Positions 48,183 to 57,113 of a DNA stretch of 64,000 bases are shown here, in pieces. Source of the DNA: Candidatus Latescibacterota bacterium (GTDB lineage: Bacteria > Latescibacterota > UBA2968); contig OZ242311.1 in NCBI GenBank assembly GCA_965207885.1, positions 3,680,001 through 3,744,000 on the forward strand, written 5' to 3'. A program made the position numbers and the translations under genes. The notes beneath the pieces were generated by a model. The model had not been told where the DNA came from. It worked only from the letters and a program-made list of their open reading frames with translations, and did no database searches. Positions within the stretch are counted from its first letter, which is position 1, and every line of letters starts with the position of its first letter.

Positions 48183-49205
48183 CTATCCAAACACCTCACT
48201 CGCGACAAAAGCCATACCCAGTGCAGCAGCAGAATCGCCGCCGCGCGCCCATTCAAACTGCGTTGAAACAGCCTGCGTATCAAAGGGATTTTCGAGATAG
48301 ATCGGCCACGACCCATCCTTAAATCCTTCGATTACCCACGCCATATACCGATCGCGAAAAGACGCTTCTGAAAGCCCTCCGCCGATCACCACAAGCCCGG
48401 GGTCGAATAATCGCACCCAATTCGCGATCGCATAACCCAGAATAAATGCCTGCTCCTTAAAAAGCGACACCGCGAGTGGGTCGTCATTCTCCGCGTAATC
48501 GCGGAGTTGATACGCCTTTTCCTCAATTGACGCACCAACAGCATTCAGCGCGTGATCCCTCCATTTATCCTGCGTCAATTCAATCCCGAGTCTGCGTCGC
48601 AATGCCATAAGCGACACCCAGGCCTCCGCACAACCCGTAAGCCCACAGGAACAAGCAGGCAACTCCCCATCCACCTCCCGAAACGGAACCGAAGCATGCC
48701 CCACTTCCAGCGCGAGACCATTTGAACCCTCGTAAATCTGCCCACCGGGCAAAACCAATCCACCACCCAGACCCGTTCCAGGCGCAACGAGCAAAAGACC
48801 CGCATCGGAATCTGGCCGCGCAGCGTATTCACCTGCCGCCGCTGCATTGCCATCATTCGTCATATACACGGGTACACCCGCGCGCGCAGAAAACTCGCCG
48901 CGAATATTCGTCCCCACCCAATCCGCACCCAGATTGGCCTGCACCCGAATCACGCCACTACTACTCGGCGCAGGAACATCCAGCCCAATACCCGCAATAT
49001 CCGATTGGCTCCTCCCAGCGCGGTCCGCCAATAACAACAGTGCTTCCTCGAGCTGTGCAAACGTCGCCTCATACCCGTCTTTGACGCGACTGGGCACCTC
49101 TACCATATCGCCCAATAAATTGCCAGCAGCATCGACGAGAATAGACTTCACACTCGTCCCACCGATATCCAGCCCCGCAAAACAGCGCGTATTACTCTCT
49201 CCCAT
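48183..49205 (-). CDS. ROK-family sugar kinase
   Basis: GLDIGGTSVK, NDGNAAAAGE, GTGLGGG, EVGH, CSCGLTGCAE, VIGGG. Confidence 0.88.
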   Translation of the reverse strand: MGESNTRCFAGLDIGGTSVKSILVDAAGNLLGDMVEVPSRVKDGYEATFAQLEEALLLLADRAGRSQSDIAGIGLDVPAPSSSGVIRVQANLGADWVGTNIRGEFSARAGVPVYMTNDGNAAAAGEYAARPDSDAGLLLVAPGTGLGGGLVLPGGQIYEGSNGLALEVGHASVPFREVDGELPACSCGLTGCAEAWVSLMALRRRLGIELTQDKWRDHALNAVGASIEEKAYQLRDYAENDDPLAVSLFKEQAFILGYAIANWVRLFDPGLVVIGGGLSEASFRDRYMAWVIEGFKDGSWPIYLENPFDTQAVSTQFEWARGGDSAAALGMAFVASEVFG

Positions 49206-49215
49206 AACCCCATTC

Positions 49216-50394
49216 CTATCTTCGGGTAATCACAAACAACTGGCGCGTCCCATCTCTGGAAATCGAAGGAAAAAGCACCTGGTCACTCGTGCGGTTCCAG
49301 CAGGGTGCGGGATCGCTCCTCAAATCCCCCGATATCCACTCCCCCTGATCGTATCGCTCGGTTCGCGCCCATGCCCCGTCAGCCATGCGATACATCACAT
49401 AAACCGTTCCGCGCTTTGGCCCCGAACCATTGATGATCCACTTTCCATCTGGGGAAAACGCATTGTCTCCGCCAGGCTCCGGAAAAACAGACTGATCTCC
49501 CAAAGTCCGTACAATTTTCTGCTCATCGGTATCGTACACCACCAAATCATCTGCATTGTGACCGAGAATCTCATGCCCTTCCAACCACTCGGGATGACCA
49601 CCAATAAAAACCTTCTGTATGGTTAAATCACTGCCATCGGAATTCACGGTAAAAGGCACATTGAGCTGATCCCCGCGCCCACCGAAATTGCCTCGCGCAT
49701 AAAAATAAATCCGATCATCATCCCGGTTCCACAGCGTATGGTTGATAAACATCTCCTTGCTCTCAACTCCCGGGTGGTAATCCCGCAACGCATCTCCCAA
49801 TTCGGCAAAAGATGCAATCAACTCTTTTTCGCCCGTATTCACATCAATCTTAAAAATCCCATCGTCCTCGGGATGTACAACCCCTTCAGTCCAGTCCGCC
49901 GCGCCGAGATATCCCGTCACCAAACGCAGACGCGCCATACGCGCATAATTTAATCCCAGAAAATAGCCGCCATTTTGCGCCACACCGCTGTTGCCAAACG
50001 ACGTATCTTCATAGCGATACTCGCGGATCCTTTTCCCCCTGGAAATATCAAATAAAACCGTAAAAACCTTCTGCGTCTCTGGATCGCGATCATTGAAAAA
50101 AAACTGCATCTCCGGCGATTCGGGATTCCAATAAAACATCGTACCCTGCTGCGGATTCCATCCCTGCGACTGATCAACTATCTGGATCGAATACTCATTC
50201 TCAGTATCGATCAAAATCACATCCGCTGCCTCGCCAGGTCCGGGCATATGATCCTGAAAACCATTCCGCAACGCGACGATATAGCGACCGCTCTGATTCC
50301 AGGAAATGGTCTGCGACTGACCGATATAACCAAAAAAGTGATGTTTGGGACCATACGTGATCTGCTCAACTTCAAGCTCAAATGAATCTGACAA
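49216..50394 (-). CDS. Hypothetical beta-propeller protein (oligogalacturonate-lyase/TolB-like)
   Basis: HHFFGY, WNPQQG, FFFNDR, DDGIFKID, FINHTLWN, GGHPEW, FSPDGKW, RSDPAPCWN; TTG 50394 with GAGGAG RBS. Confidence 0.6.
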   Translation of the reverse strand: MSDSFELEVEQITYGPKHHFFGYIGQSQTISWNQSGRYIVALRNGFQDHMPGPGEAADVILIDTENEYSIQIVDQSQGWNPQQGTMFYWNPESPEMQFFFNDRDPETQKVFTVLFDISRGKRIREYRYEDTSFGNSGVAQNGGYFLGLNYARMARLRLVTGYLGAADWTEGVVHPEDDGIFKIDVNTGEKELIASFAELGDALRDYHPGVESKEMFINHTLWNRDDDRIYFYARGNFGGRGDQLNVPFTVNSDGSDLTIQKVFIGGHPEWLEGHEILGHNADDLVVYDTDEQKIVRTLGDQSVFPEPGGDNAFSPDGKWIINGSGPKRGTVYVMYRMADGAWARTERYDQGEWISGDLRSDPAPCWNRTSDQVLFPSISRDGTRQLFVITRR

Positions 50395-50420
50395 TTTATT
50401 CTCCTCGTGTATTTTACGGA

Positions 50421-52046
50421 TTAAACTCCTATCGCATAGCCATCGCGTCTCGGATCTGCACCGCCCATCAGCGCGCCCGATTCTGCATCTACCACAATAC
50501 CCTGCGCACCCCCGCAAACGGGTGAATAATCGGGCAACACCTTCACATCGTGCCCACGCGCTTTCAGTGCGCGCCGAATAGACTTCGACACCCGCCCTTC
50601 AATAGACACATTAGTACCTGCACTCTCAATGCGGAACCGGGGTGCTTCAATCGCCGCCTGTATATTCATGCCGTAATCCAGCACATTGGTCAAAAATTGC
50701 ACCGACGTTTGTTGAATACCCCAGCTACCCGGCGTACCCAGAGCAGAAAAAAGCGCGCCATCTCGAAACACCAGCATCGGCGACAAACACATATCCACTT
50801 TTTTGTGAGGCGCAATACAATTTGGGCTATTGGGCACAAGATCGCCCCATCGAATAAAATTGTTCAAAAACATGCCCGTATCGCCCATCATCACCCCCGA
50901 CCCAAAACCCGACCCCAAACTCTGAGTTATAGCCACGGCATTGCCATCACCATCGACCACATCGAAATGTGTCGTGCATTCATTGAGCCAGGCCTTTGGA
51001 TCGCCCGGGTCAACCTCGCCCGGCAACTTCGTCGCCGGATACCACTCGCCCCGATGCACGCCCGCGCGATTTCCAATCAGCTTTCGGCGTTCTTCTGCAT
51101 ACCCCTTCGCCAGCAATCCTTCAACAGGAGCCTGCGGGGCTGCCGCGTATTCGATCCGATCTGCATTGCCCAACTTCACAGCTTCGATGAACAGATGCAA
51201 TGTCTGCTCCGAATGGTGTTCCATCTCAGCCAGATCGTATCCCTCCAGCATATTGAGCGTTTCAAGGATCTGAAATCCCGCACTCGGTGGCGGCGGACAA
51301 AATACCTCATAGCCGTGATAAGTCGTCACCAATGGATCGACCCATTCCGGTTCAAAATCCGCCAAATCGCGCTCGGACAACCAGCCCCCTTCACCCTGAA
51401 TATATTCCGCCATTTCGCGCGCGAGATCTCCGCGATAAAAAACCTCCGCTCCCCCTTCAGCGACCCTTCGAAACGTCCGCGCCAAATCCTTTTGAATTAA
51501 AATCTCCCCCGGCAGAGGTCCGCGCCCACGCGACAGAATAACGTGTTCGGCCCTGTCGTTCATCTTTCCGCCACTGGTCATCGATTGGCTATTCCTCACC
51601 GTCACGGCATACCCGTTCTCCGCCAGATCAATCGCAGGCGCAAATACATCTGCTGGTGTCATCGTGCCATAGCGCTCCAACAATTCCAACCAGCCACCAC
51701 AAGCACCCGGCGTCAAACACGAACGCGGCCCAGCATCTTTATCCGCCGGTCCATCAAACAACTCGGCACGCGCTTGATACGGTGTTCGCCCACAATAATC
51801 CAGCACGCGCCTGTGGTCGTTTTTCGCATCATACACAATCGCATACCCCACCCCCGCAATACCAGACATATAGGGTTCCACAACATTGAGCGCGGCAGCA
51901 ACCGCCACCGCAGCATCAAACGCATTGCCCCCTTCAAGCAACATCCGCGCGCCAGATAGCGCGGCCAGCGGATGTGCGCACGCAACCATCCCGCGCGTAC
52001 CCGTAACCGTTGGTCTATGTGTCACACCATGTGCTGAAAAAGCCAT
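50421..52046 (-). CDS. ggt: Gamma-glutamyltransferase-family Ntn hydrolase (cytoplasmic, no signal peptide)
   Basis: GMVACAHPLA, GGNAFDAAVA, VVEPYMSGI, TTHFDVVD (Thr nucleophile), GTPGS, GGADPRRDG. Confidence 0.9.
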   Translation of the reverse strand: MAFSAHGVTHRPTVTGTRGMVACAHPLAALSGARMLLEGGNAFDAAVAVAAALNVVEPYMSGIAGVGYAIVYDAKNDHRRVLDYCGRTPYQARAELFDGPADKDAGPRSCLTPGACGGWLELLERYGTMTPADVFAPAIDLAENGYAVTVRNSQSMTSGGKMNDRAEHVILSRGRGPLPGEILIQKDLARTFRRVAEGGAEVFYRGDLAREMAEYIQGEGGWLSERDLADFEPEWVDPLVTTYHGYEVFCPPPPSAGFQILETLNMLEGYDLAEMEHHSEQTLHLFIEAVKLGNADRIEYAAAPQAPVEGLLAKGYAEERRKLIGNRAGVHRGEWYPATKLPGEVDPGDPKAWLNECTTHFDVVDGDGNAVAITQSLGSGFGSGVMMGDTGMFLNNFIRWGDLVPNSPNCIAPHKKVDMCLSPMLVFRDGALFSALGTPGSWGIQQTSVQFLTNVLDYGMNIQAAIEAPRFRIESAGTNVSIEGRVSKSIRRALKARGHDVKVLPDYSPVCGGAQGIVVDAESGALMGGADPRRDGYAIGV

Positions 52047-52103
52047 AACACTGCTCCTGATAGTTTGATTTCACGCCACAATAGGCCGAATTAAGATCGG
52101 TAT

Positions 52104-52132
52104 AATCTACGTCCGAGAAAAAAAATTGGCAA
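52104..52132 (-). promoter_or_regulatory. Putative sigma70 promoter of the ggt operon
   Basis: TTGCCA-17 nt-TAGATT. Confidence 0.45.
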
Positions 52133-52167
52133 CCGTAGAGTCATAGCGATTATTGTTGCAGAATCTA

Positions 52168-52196
52168 TTGCCCCAATCGCCGCACCAACGTATATT
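52168..52196 (+). promoter_or_regulatory. Putative sigma70 promoter of the M20 gene
   Basis: TTGCCC-17 nt-TATATT. Confidence 0.45.
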
Positions 52197-52240
52197 GCCC
52201 ATCCACTATCCCATTCATCCATAATCTGGAAAGAAACCTT

Positions 52241-53353
52241 ATGGACCCCGTACAACTCACGCGCGAATTTGTATCCTTCAACTCAACCAGCTATTTGAGC
52301 AACGTAGATTGCTCAAACGCCATGGCAGAAAGTATGCGCAAAGCTGGCCTCGCGGTCGAACGCATCCCCTACACAGACCCCAGCGGCGTTCCCAAACTGA
52401 ACCTCGTCGGAAAAAAAGGAAATGGCACCGGTGGCCTCGCCCTGATGGGACACAACGACGTCGTACCCGCCGAAGGGTGGGCCTGGGACCCCTTTGAAGT
52501 CGTCGAAAAGGGATCCCGAATCTACGGACGCGGCGTAGCCGACATGAAAGGTTCGGTCGCCTGCATGATCGCCACGGCAAGCCGTTTCTCCACCGACGAA
52601 CTCAAACAACCCATCTACGTAGTCGTCACCGGAGATGAAGAAATCAACTGCGGAGGCGCCGATGTCGTCGCCCAAAAATCCGAGGTATTAAAAGAATCCG
52701 ATGTGCGCTACGGCATTATTGGCGAACCGACCCTGCTCGACGTGGTACACGCCCACAAAGGCTCGGTCAAAATCAGCGTCACCGCCACGGGAAAAGCCAC
52801 GCACAGCAGCACGGGAACAGGCATCAACGCCAATCACAAACTCATCCCCTTCCTCAACGATATGCTCGCCATAGACCGCGAACTCAAAACCGACGAAAAA
52901 TACCTCAACAACGCCTTCACACCCCCACACGCCACGCTCAACACCGTCATACACGGGGGGGAACAGGCATCAAACATCACCACACCAGAAAGCGGGGCAA
53001 CACTCAACATGCGCCCTATGCCCGGACAGGATTTCGCGCCCCTGCTCGACAGAATCAGAACACTGGCCGAAGAACGCGAGGTACACGTCGATATCTACGA
53101 CGGCCTCGCTCCGCTCCATACCCCCGTAGAATCTCGCATCGTGCAAGAAGCCCTCTCCGTTGCAAACAAGAGCGAACCCAAAACCGTAGCTTATGGCACC
53201 GATGGCCTGATCTTTGGCAAAACCATGGAACTCGTCGTACTCGGTCCCGGCAATATCCAACAGGCGCACACCATTGACGAATGGATCGAAATCGAACAAC
53301 TCCATCAAGCTGTGGATACCTTCTCGGAAATGGTGCGGCGGTTTTGTAGTTAG
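52241..53353 (+). CDS. M20 metallo-amidohydrolase, ArgE/DapE family (acetylornithine deacetylase-like)
   Basis: GHNDVVP, YGRGVADMKG, DEE, IGEPT, HKG, HSS, GPGNIQQAHTIDE. Confidence 0.88.
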   Translation: MDPVQLTREFVSFNSTSYLSNVDCSNAMAESMRKAGLAVERIPYTDPSGVPKLNLVGKKGNGTGGLALMGHNDVVPAEGWAWDPFEVVEKGSRIYGRGVADMKGSVACMIATASRFSTDELKQPIYVVVTGDEEINCGGADVVAQKSEVLKESDVRYGIIGEPTLLDVVHAHKGSVKISVTATGKATHSSTGTGINANHKLIPFLNDMLAIDRELKTDEKYLNNAFTPPHATLNTVIHGGEQASNITTPESGATLNMRPMPGQDFAPLLDRIRTLAEEREVHVDIYDGLAPLHTPVESRIVQEALSVANKSEPKTVAYGTDGLIFGKTMELVVLGPGNIQQAHTIDEWIEIEQLHQAVDTFSEMVRRFCS

Positions 53354-53370
53354 TAATCTCTTCCAAATAT

Positions 53371-53406
53371 GAAAAAGCCCCGTGATCTCAACCACGGGGC
53401 TTTTTC
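53371..53406. terminator. Bidirectional intrinsic terminator
   Basis: GAAAAAGCCCCGTG-ATCTCAAC-CACGGGGCTTTTTC between convergent genes. Confidence 0.9.
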
Positions 53407-53432
53407 ATGTGTAAGCGGACTGGCGCGAACCT

Positions 53433-53699
53433 CTATCCACCCGCAATCGACGTCACAAAATGAACCTCGCTATCGGGGGGTATCTGTGTCCGCAGCCCCT
53501 CTTCGGTGACAACGCCATCAATCGCAACAGCCAGTCCAGGTGCAATCCGATAATCCTCGTACACCACCCGATCTTTAATACCGGGAAATTGTGCATCCAG
53601 ATTTTCGATCACCTCTCGCAAGGTATTGCCACCAACAACCACCTTCTCCTGGCCATCGGTCAATTTGCGCATCAGCGAAGGAATCCACACTTCAGGCAT
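53433..53699 (-). CDS. MoaD/ThiS-family ubiquitin-like sulfur carrier
   Basis: beta-grasp pattern, C-terminal IAGG; ATG 53699 with AGGAG RBS. Confidence 0.85.
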   Translation of the reverse strand: MPEVWIPSLMRKLTDGQEKVVVGGNTLREVIENLDAQFPGIKDRVVYEDYRIAPGLAVAIDGVVTEEGLRTQIPPDSEVHFVTSIAGG

Positions 53700-53726
53700 A
53701 GTCAAACTCCTGTTTCTTTGATCTTC

Positions 53727-56027
53727 TCAGGCCGAGCCGTTTCCACCGTTTTTATCCCACCAGGCTTCCAACACGCGCGGGGGCGACATGGGCAACTCTG
53801 TCAGACGCAGGCCAATAGCATCGTAAATCGCATTGGCAACCGCTGCTGTGGGTGGCACAATCGGCACCTCTCCCACCCCGCGCACACCGTATGGATGCCC
53901 CGGATTGGGAACCTCGACAATATGCGCATCAATCATCGGCAAATCCAAACACGTTGGCATCCGATAATCCAACAAGCTGCTATTCCGCAAAATGCCCTGC
54001 TCATCGTACACATACTCTTCATTGAGTGCCCAACCAATCGCCTGCGCCACGCCGCCCTGCATCTGCCCCTCCACATAAGGCGGATAAATCGCTTTCCCCG
54101 CATCCTGGAAAATCGACGCACGCAAAATATCGACCTTACCCGTATCGGGATCGACCTCCACATCCACAATCGCCACCGCATAAGCACCCCCAACACCTGT
54201 GGGTTTTGCCGTGGCGCGTCCCATCACCGGCCCGCCCGTTGAATCGAGCTTGGCCGCCAGATCTTTAAACGTAATCGACTTCGACGGATCGGACTTCGAG
54301 CGGAACACAGCCTGATCGAACTCGACATCGTCCTCAGAAATCTCCCACAAAATCGCCGCACGCGCCATCATCTGTTCTTTGATATCTTGCGCGCACTTGT
54401 AGGCCGCCCAACCCGTCGCAAATGTCGTGCGCGAACCACCCGTCACACCCGTATAGCCAATCGAATCCGTATCGCCCACCTGTGGACGAATCTCCTGCTC
54501 TGAAATACCCAGCACCTCGGCCATCTGCATCGCAACCGATGTGCGCGTGCCCCCAATATCTGTCGAACCCTCCACCAGATTGATCGTGCCATCGTCATTC
54601 ACACTCGCAGCCGCACTCGAAACACCGCCCCCATTGCCCCAGAAACCAGACGCCACACCGCGACCGCGATATTTTCCATTAATTGCAGTCTGATAGTGGT
54701 CAGAAGAGACCGCAGCGCGAACGCACTCCTCGTGCCCAATGCGCTTATTCACAGGCCCATCTGCGCGGCGCGTGCCTTCTTTTGCAGAATTGCTCAACCG
54801 AAATTCCAGCGGATCGGCCCCCAATTTTTCGGCGAGTTCATCCACCACAGTTTCAACGGCAAAAGCCGCATTCGTCGTGCCCGGCGCGCGATAAGCCGAA
54901 GAGGAGGGCTTGTTGTTCACCACATCATAACCATCCACCAGAACATGCGGGATAATATAAGGCGCCAGCATATTGCGCGCGCCCGCGCCCACGGGACTGC
55001 CAGAAAAAGCCCCCGCCTCATAGACCAGTTCGCTCTCGGCAGCGACGAGCTTGCCGTCATTGGTCGCGCCCATCTTCACCCGGATCCACGAACCCGACGT
55101 CGGGCCAGTCGCCTGCAAGACCTCAGTGCGGGTCATAATCATTTTCACCGGATGCCCGGTCTTTCTCGACAACAGCGCGGCAATCGGTTCCAAATACGCT
55201 TTGATCTTCCCGCCAAATCCCCCGCCAATCTCCAGGGGCACAACCTTAATTTGCGACACGGGGATGCCCAAAATTCTCGCAGTCTGATCCCGCACGCCAA
55301 ACGCACCTTGATTGCTGCACCAGATCGTCACCACGCCATCGGCATTCCACAACACCGTGGCATTTTGCGGTTCGATATAGCCCTGATGCACCATATCCGT
55401 GAGAAACTCGCGCTCCACAATCACATCGGCTTCGTCAAATCCCTGCTCGATATCGCCCAATTCCGTGCGAAAATGCGACGCCACATTGCTAAAATTCTCG
55501 CTCCTCTCGCCCATCGAATTGGTTCTCTGGTCTTCATGTACCAGAGGGGCATCATCCTTCATCGCCTCCCGCACATCCAGCACATGGGGCAGCACCTCGT
55601 ACTCTACCTCAATCAAATCCAGCGCTTCTTCGGCAATATGGACATTGGTCGCTGCCACCGCCGCCACGGGATACCCCTGATAGAGCACCTTCTCGCGTGC
55701 CAACACTGCCGCACACATATCTTTAACGCGCACCACCTCTTCGCCTAAATCGGCCAACTGCTCCTCGGCATTGAGCGCCAAATCCTGCCCCGTAACAACC
55801 GCGCGCACGCCTTCGAGCGCTTCGGCCTTGCTCGTATCAATCGACTTAATCCGAGCGTGCGCATGCGGGCTTCGCAAAACTCTGGCATGCAACATATCGG
55901 GCAAATTGAGGTCCGTACCGTAAATCGCCCTGCCCGTCACCTTATCTGCGCCATCGTGCCGCACGGGCCGCGTCCCCACGACCTTATAATCCGTAATACC
56001 CAAATAATCTTCCTGTGGAATCGCCAT
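53727..56027 (-). CDS. Xanthine dehydrogenase-family molybdopterin-binding (large) subunit
   Basis: KVTGRAIY, RSPHAHARI, HQGYIEP, IGGGFGGK, AYRAPG, TGGSRT, EGQMQGG, GVRGVGE. Confidence 0.9.
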   Translation of the reverse strand: MAIPQEDYLGITDYKVVGTRPVRHDGADKVTGRAIYGTDLNLPDMLHARVLRSPHAHARIKSIDTSKAEALEGVRAVVTGQDLALNAEEQLADLGEEVVRVKDMCAAVLAREKVLYQGYPVAAVAATNVHIAEEALDLIEVEYEVLPHVLDVREAMKDDAPLVHEDQRTNSMGERSENFSNVASHFRTELGDIEQGFDEADVIVEREFLTDMVHQGYIEPQNATVLWNADGVVTIWCSNQGAFGVRDQTARILGIPVSQIKVVPLEIGGGFGGKIKAYLEPIAALLSRKTGHPVKMIMTRTEVLQATGPTSGSWIRVKMGATNDGKLVAAESELVYEAGAFSGSPVGAGARNMLAPYIIPHVLVDGYDVVNNKPSSSAYRAPGTTNAAFAVETVVDELAEKLGADPLEFRLSNSAKEGTRRADGPVNKRIGHEECVRAAVSSDHYQTAINGKYRGRGVASGFWGNGGGVSSAAASVNDDGTINLVEGSTDIGGTRTSVAMQMAEVLGISEQEIRPQVGDTDSIGYTGVTGGSRTTFATGWAAYKCAQDIKEQMMARAAILWEISEDDVEFDQAVFRSKSDPSKSITFKDLAAKLDSTGGPVMGRATAKPTGVGGAYAVAIVDVEVDPDTGKVDILRASIFQDAGKAIYPPYVEGQMQGGVAQAIGWALNEEYVYDEQGILRNSSLLDYRMPTCLDLPMIDAHIVEVPNPGHPYGVRGVGEVPIVPPTAAVANAIYDAIGLRLTELPMSPPRVLEAWWDKNGGNGSA

Positions 56028-56109
56028 TTATTCCTCCTGTAATAATAAAATTGCGGTCCTGATCAACTATAAAAAATAATGCAGACCGCGCACCCTGTCC
56101 AGTTTTTAA

Positions 56110-57009
56110 TCAAGCATCGCTGATCTTGATACCCGACAGGGTCTCGATGGTCTTTGTCACGGCTGAAAAATCGAGTGCACCAGCACCCAGGCTACTGGCG
56201 GCCGCATACATCTGATAAGCCACAGCCCCCAGCGGCACGGGCACATTCATTGCGCGGCCCATCTCCACGCCGATACCGATATCCTTCTTCATCAAATCGA
56301 GCATAAACCCCGGCGCGTACTCATCCTGGAACACAAAATCAGCAACACGCGCCTGAAAAGCCGATGAATTACCCGAACTCACGCTAATCACCTGCCGCAT
56401 CACCTCGGGATCAGCACCTGCTTTAACGCCCAATGTAAGCCCCTCTGCAATCGCTGCCATGGTAATACCACCGAGCAACTGATTCACAATTTTAACCGTT
56501 TGCCCCACGCCAACATCCTCCACATGAAAAATATTCTCGCTATTGCCCATCGCGTCAAAAATCCCCTTACAGCGATCAAAATCGGCCTTTGCCCCACCCG
56601 CAATAATAGTCAGCGTACCGTTAATCGCCCCAATATCGCCACCACTTACCGGTGCATCCATCACGCGAACCCCTTTTTGCGATGCCTGTTCCGCCACATC
56701 CTGAATCGTCAACGGCGAAATCGTACTCATATCCACAATGAGATCGCCTTCAGATGCCCCGGCCAAAACCCCCTGATCGCCCAGGATGACCTCGCGCACC
56801 TCGGGATCAGCCGTCACAATCGTAATAATAATATCCGTTGCCTTGCCCACCGCCTGTGACGAAGACACATAAGTCGCCCCCGCGCCCTCCATCTCGGCCA
56901 CAATCTCATCTCGCCGAGCATAAAATGTCACATCAAAACCCGCCTTCAATAGATTGTGGCACATAGGCTTGCCCATAATTCCCAAACCGACAAATCCAAT
57001 CTTGTCCAT
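56110..57009 (-). CDS. Beta-hydroxyacid dehydrogenase (2-hydroxy-3-oxopropionate reductase GarR/GlxR-like)
   Basis: IGFVGLGIMG, DMSTISP, DAPVSGG, GQTVKIVNQ, F...LMKKD; ATG 57009 with AGGAG RBS. Confidence 0.88.
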   Translation of the reverse strand: MDKIGFVGLGIMGKPMCHNLLKAGFDVTFYARRDEIVAEMEGAGATYVSSSQAVGKATDIIITIVTADPEVREVILGDQGVLAGASEGDLIVDMSTISPLTIQDVAEQASQKGVRVMDAPVSGGDIGAINGTLTIIAGGAKADFDRCKGIFDAMGNSENIFHVEDVGVGQTVKIVNQLLGGITMAAIAEGLTLGVKAGADPEVMRQVISVSSGNSSAFQARVADFVFQDEYAPGFMLDLMKKDIGIGVEMGRAMNVPVPLGAVAYQMYAAASSLGAGALDFSAVTKTIETLSGIKISDA

Positions 57010-57046
57010 CTTGCTACTCCTTCCCTGGTAAAACATCTATTTGTCT

Positions 57047-57075
57047 TTGACAACTGAAATACTTCAATATAATAT
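57047..57075 (+). promoter_or_regulatory. Putative sigma70 promoter of the FGGY kinase
   Basis: TTGACA followed by TATAAT (15-nt spacer) or TAATAT (17-nt spacer). Confidence 0.5.
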
Positions 57076-57113
57076 AACCACAACCTACCCTATCATCCAA
57101 TAAAGAGCCAACC

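Noticed and set aside
53727-56027. Aerobic CO dehydrogenase CoxL
   Set aside because: The active-site loop is AYRAPG, not AYXCSFR (form I) or AYXGAGR (form II); no coxMS or accessory genes.
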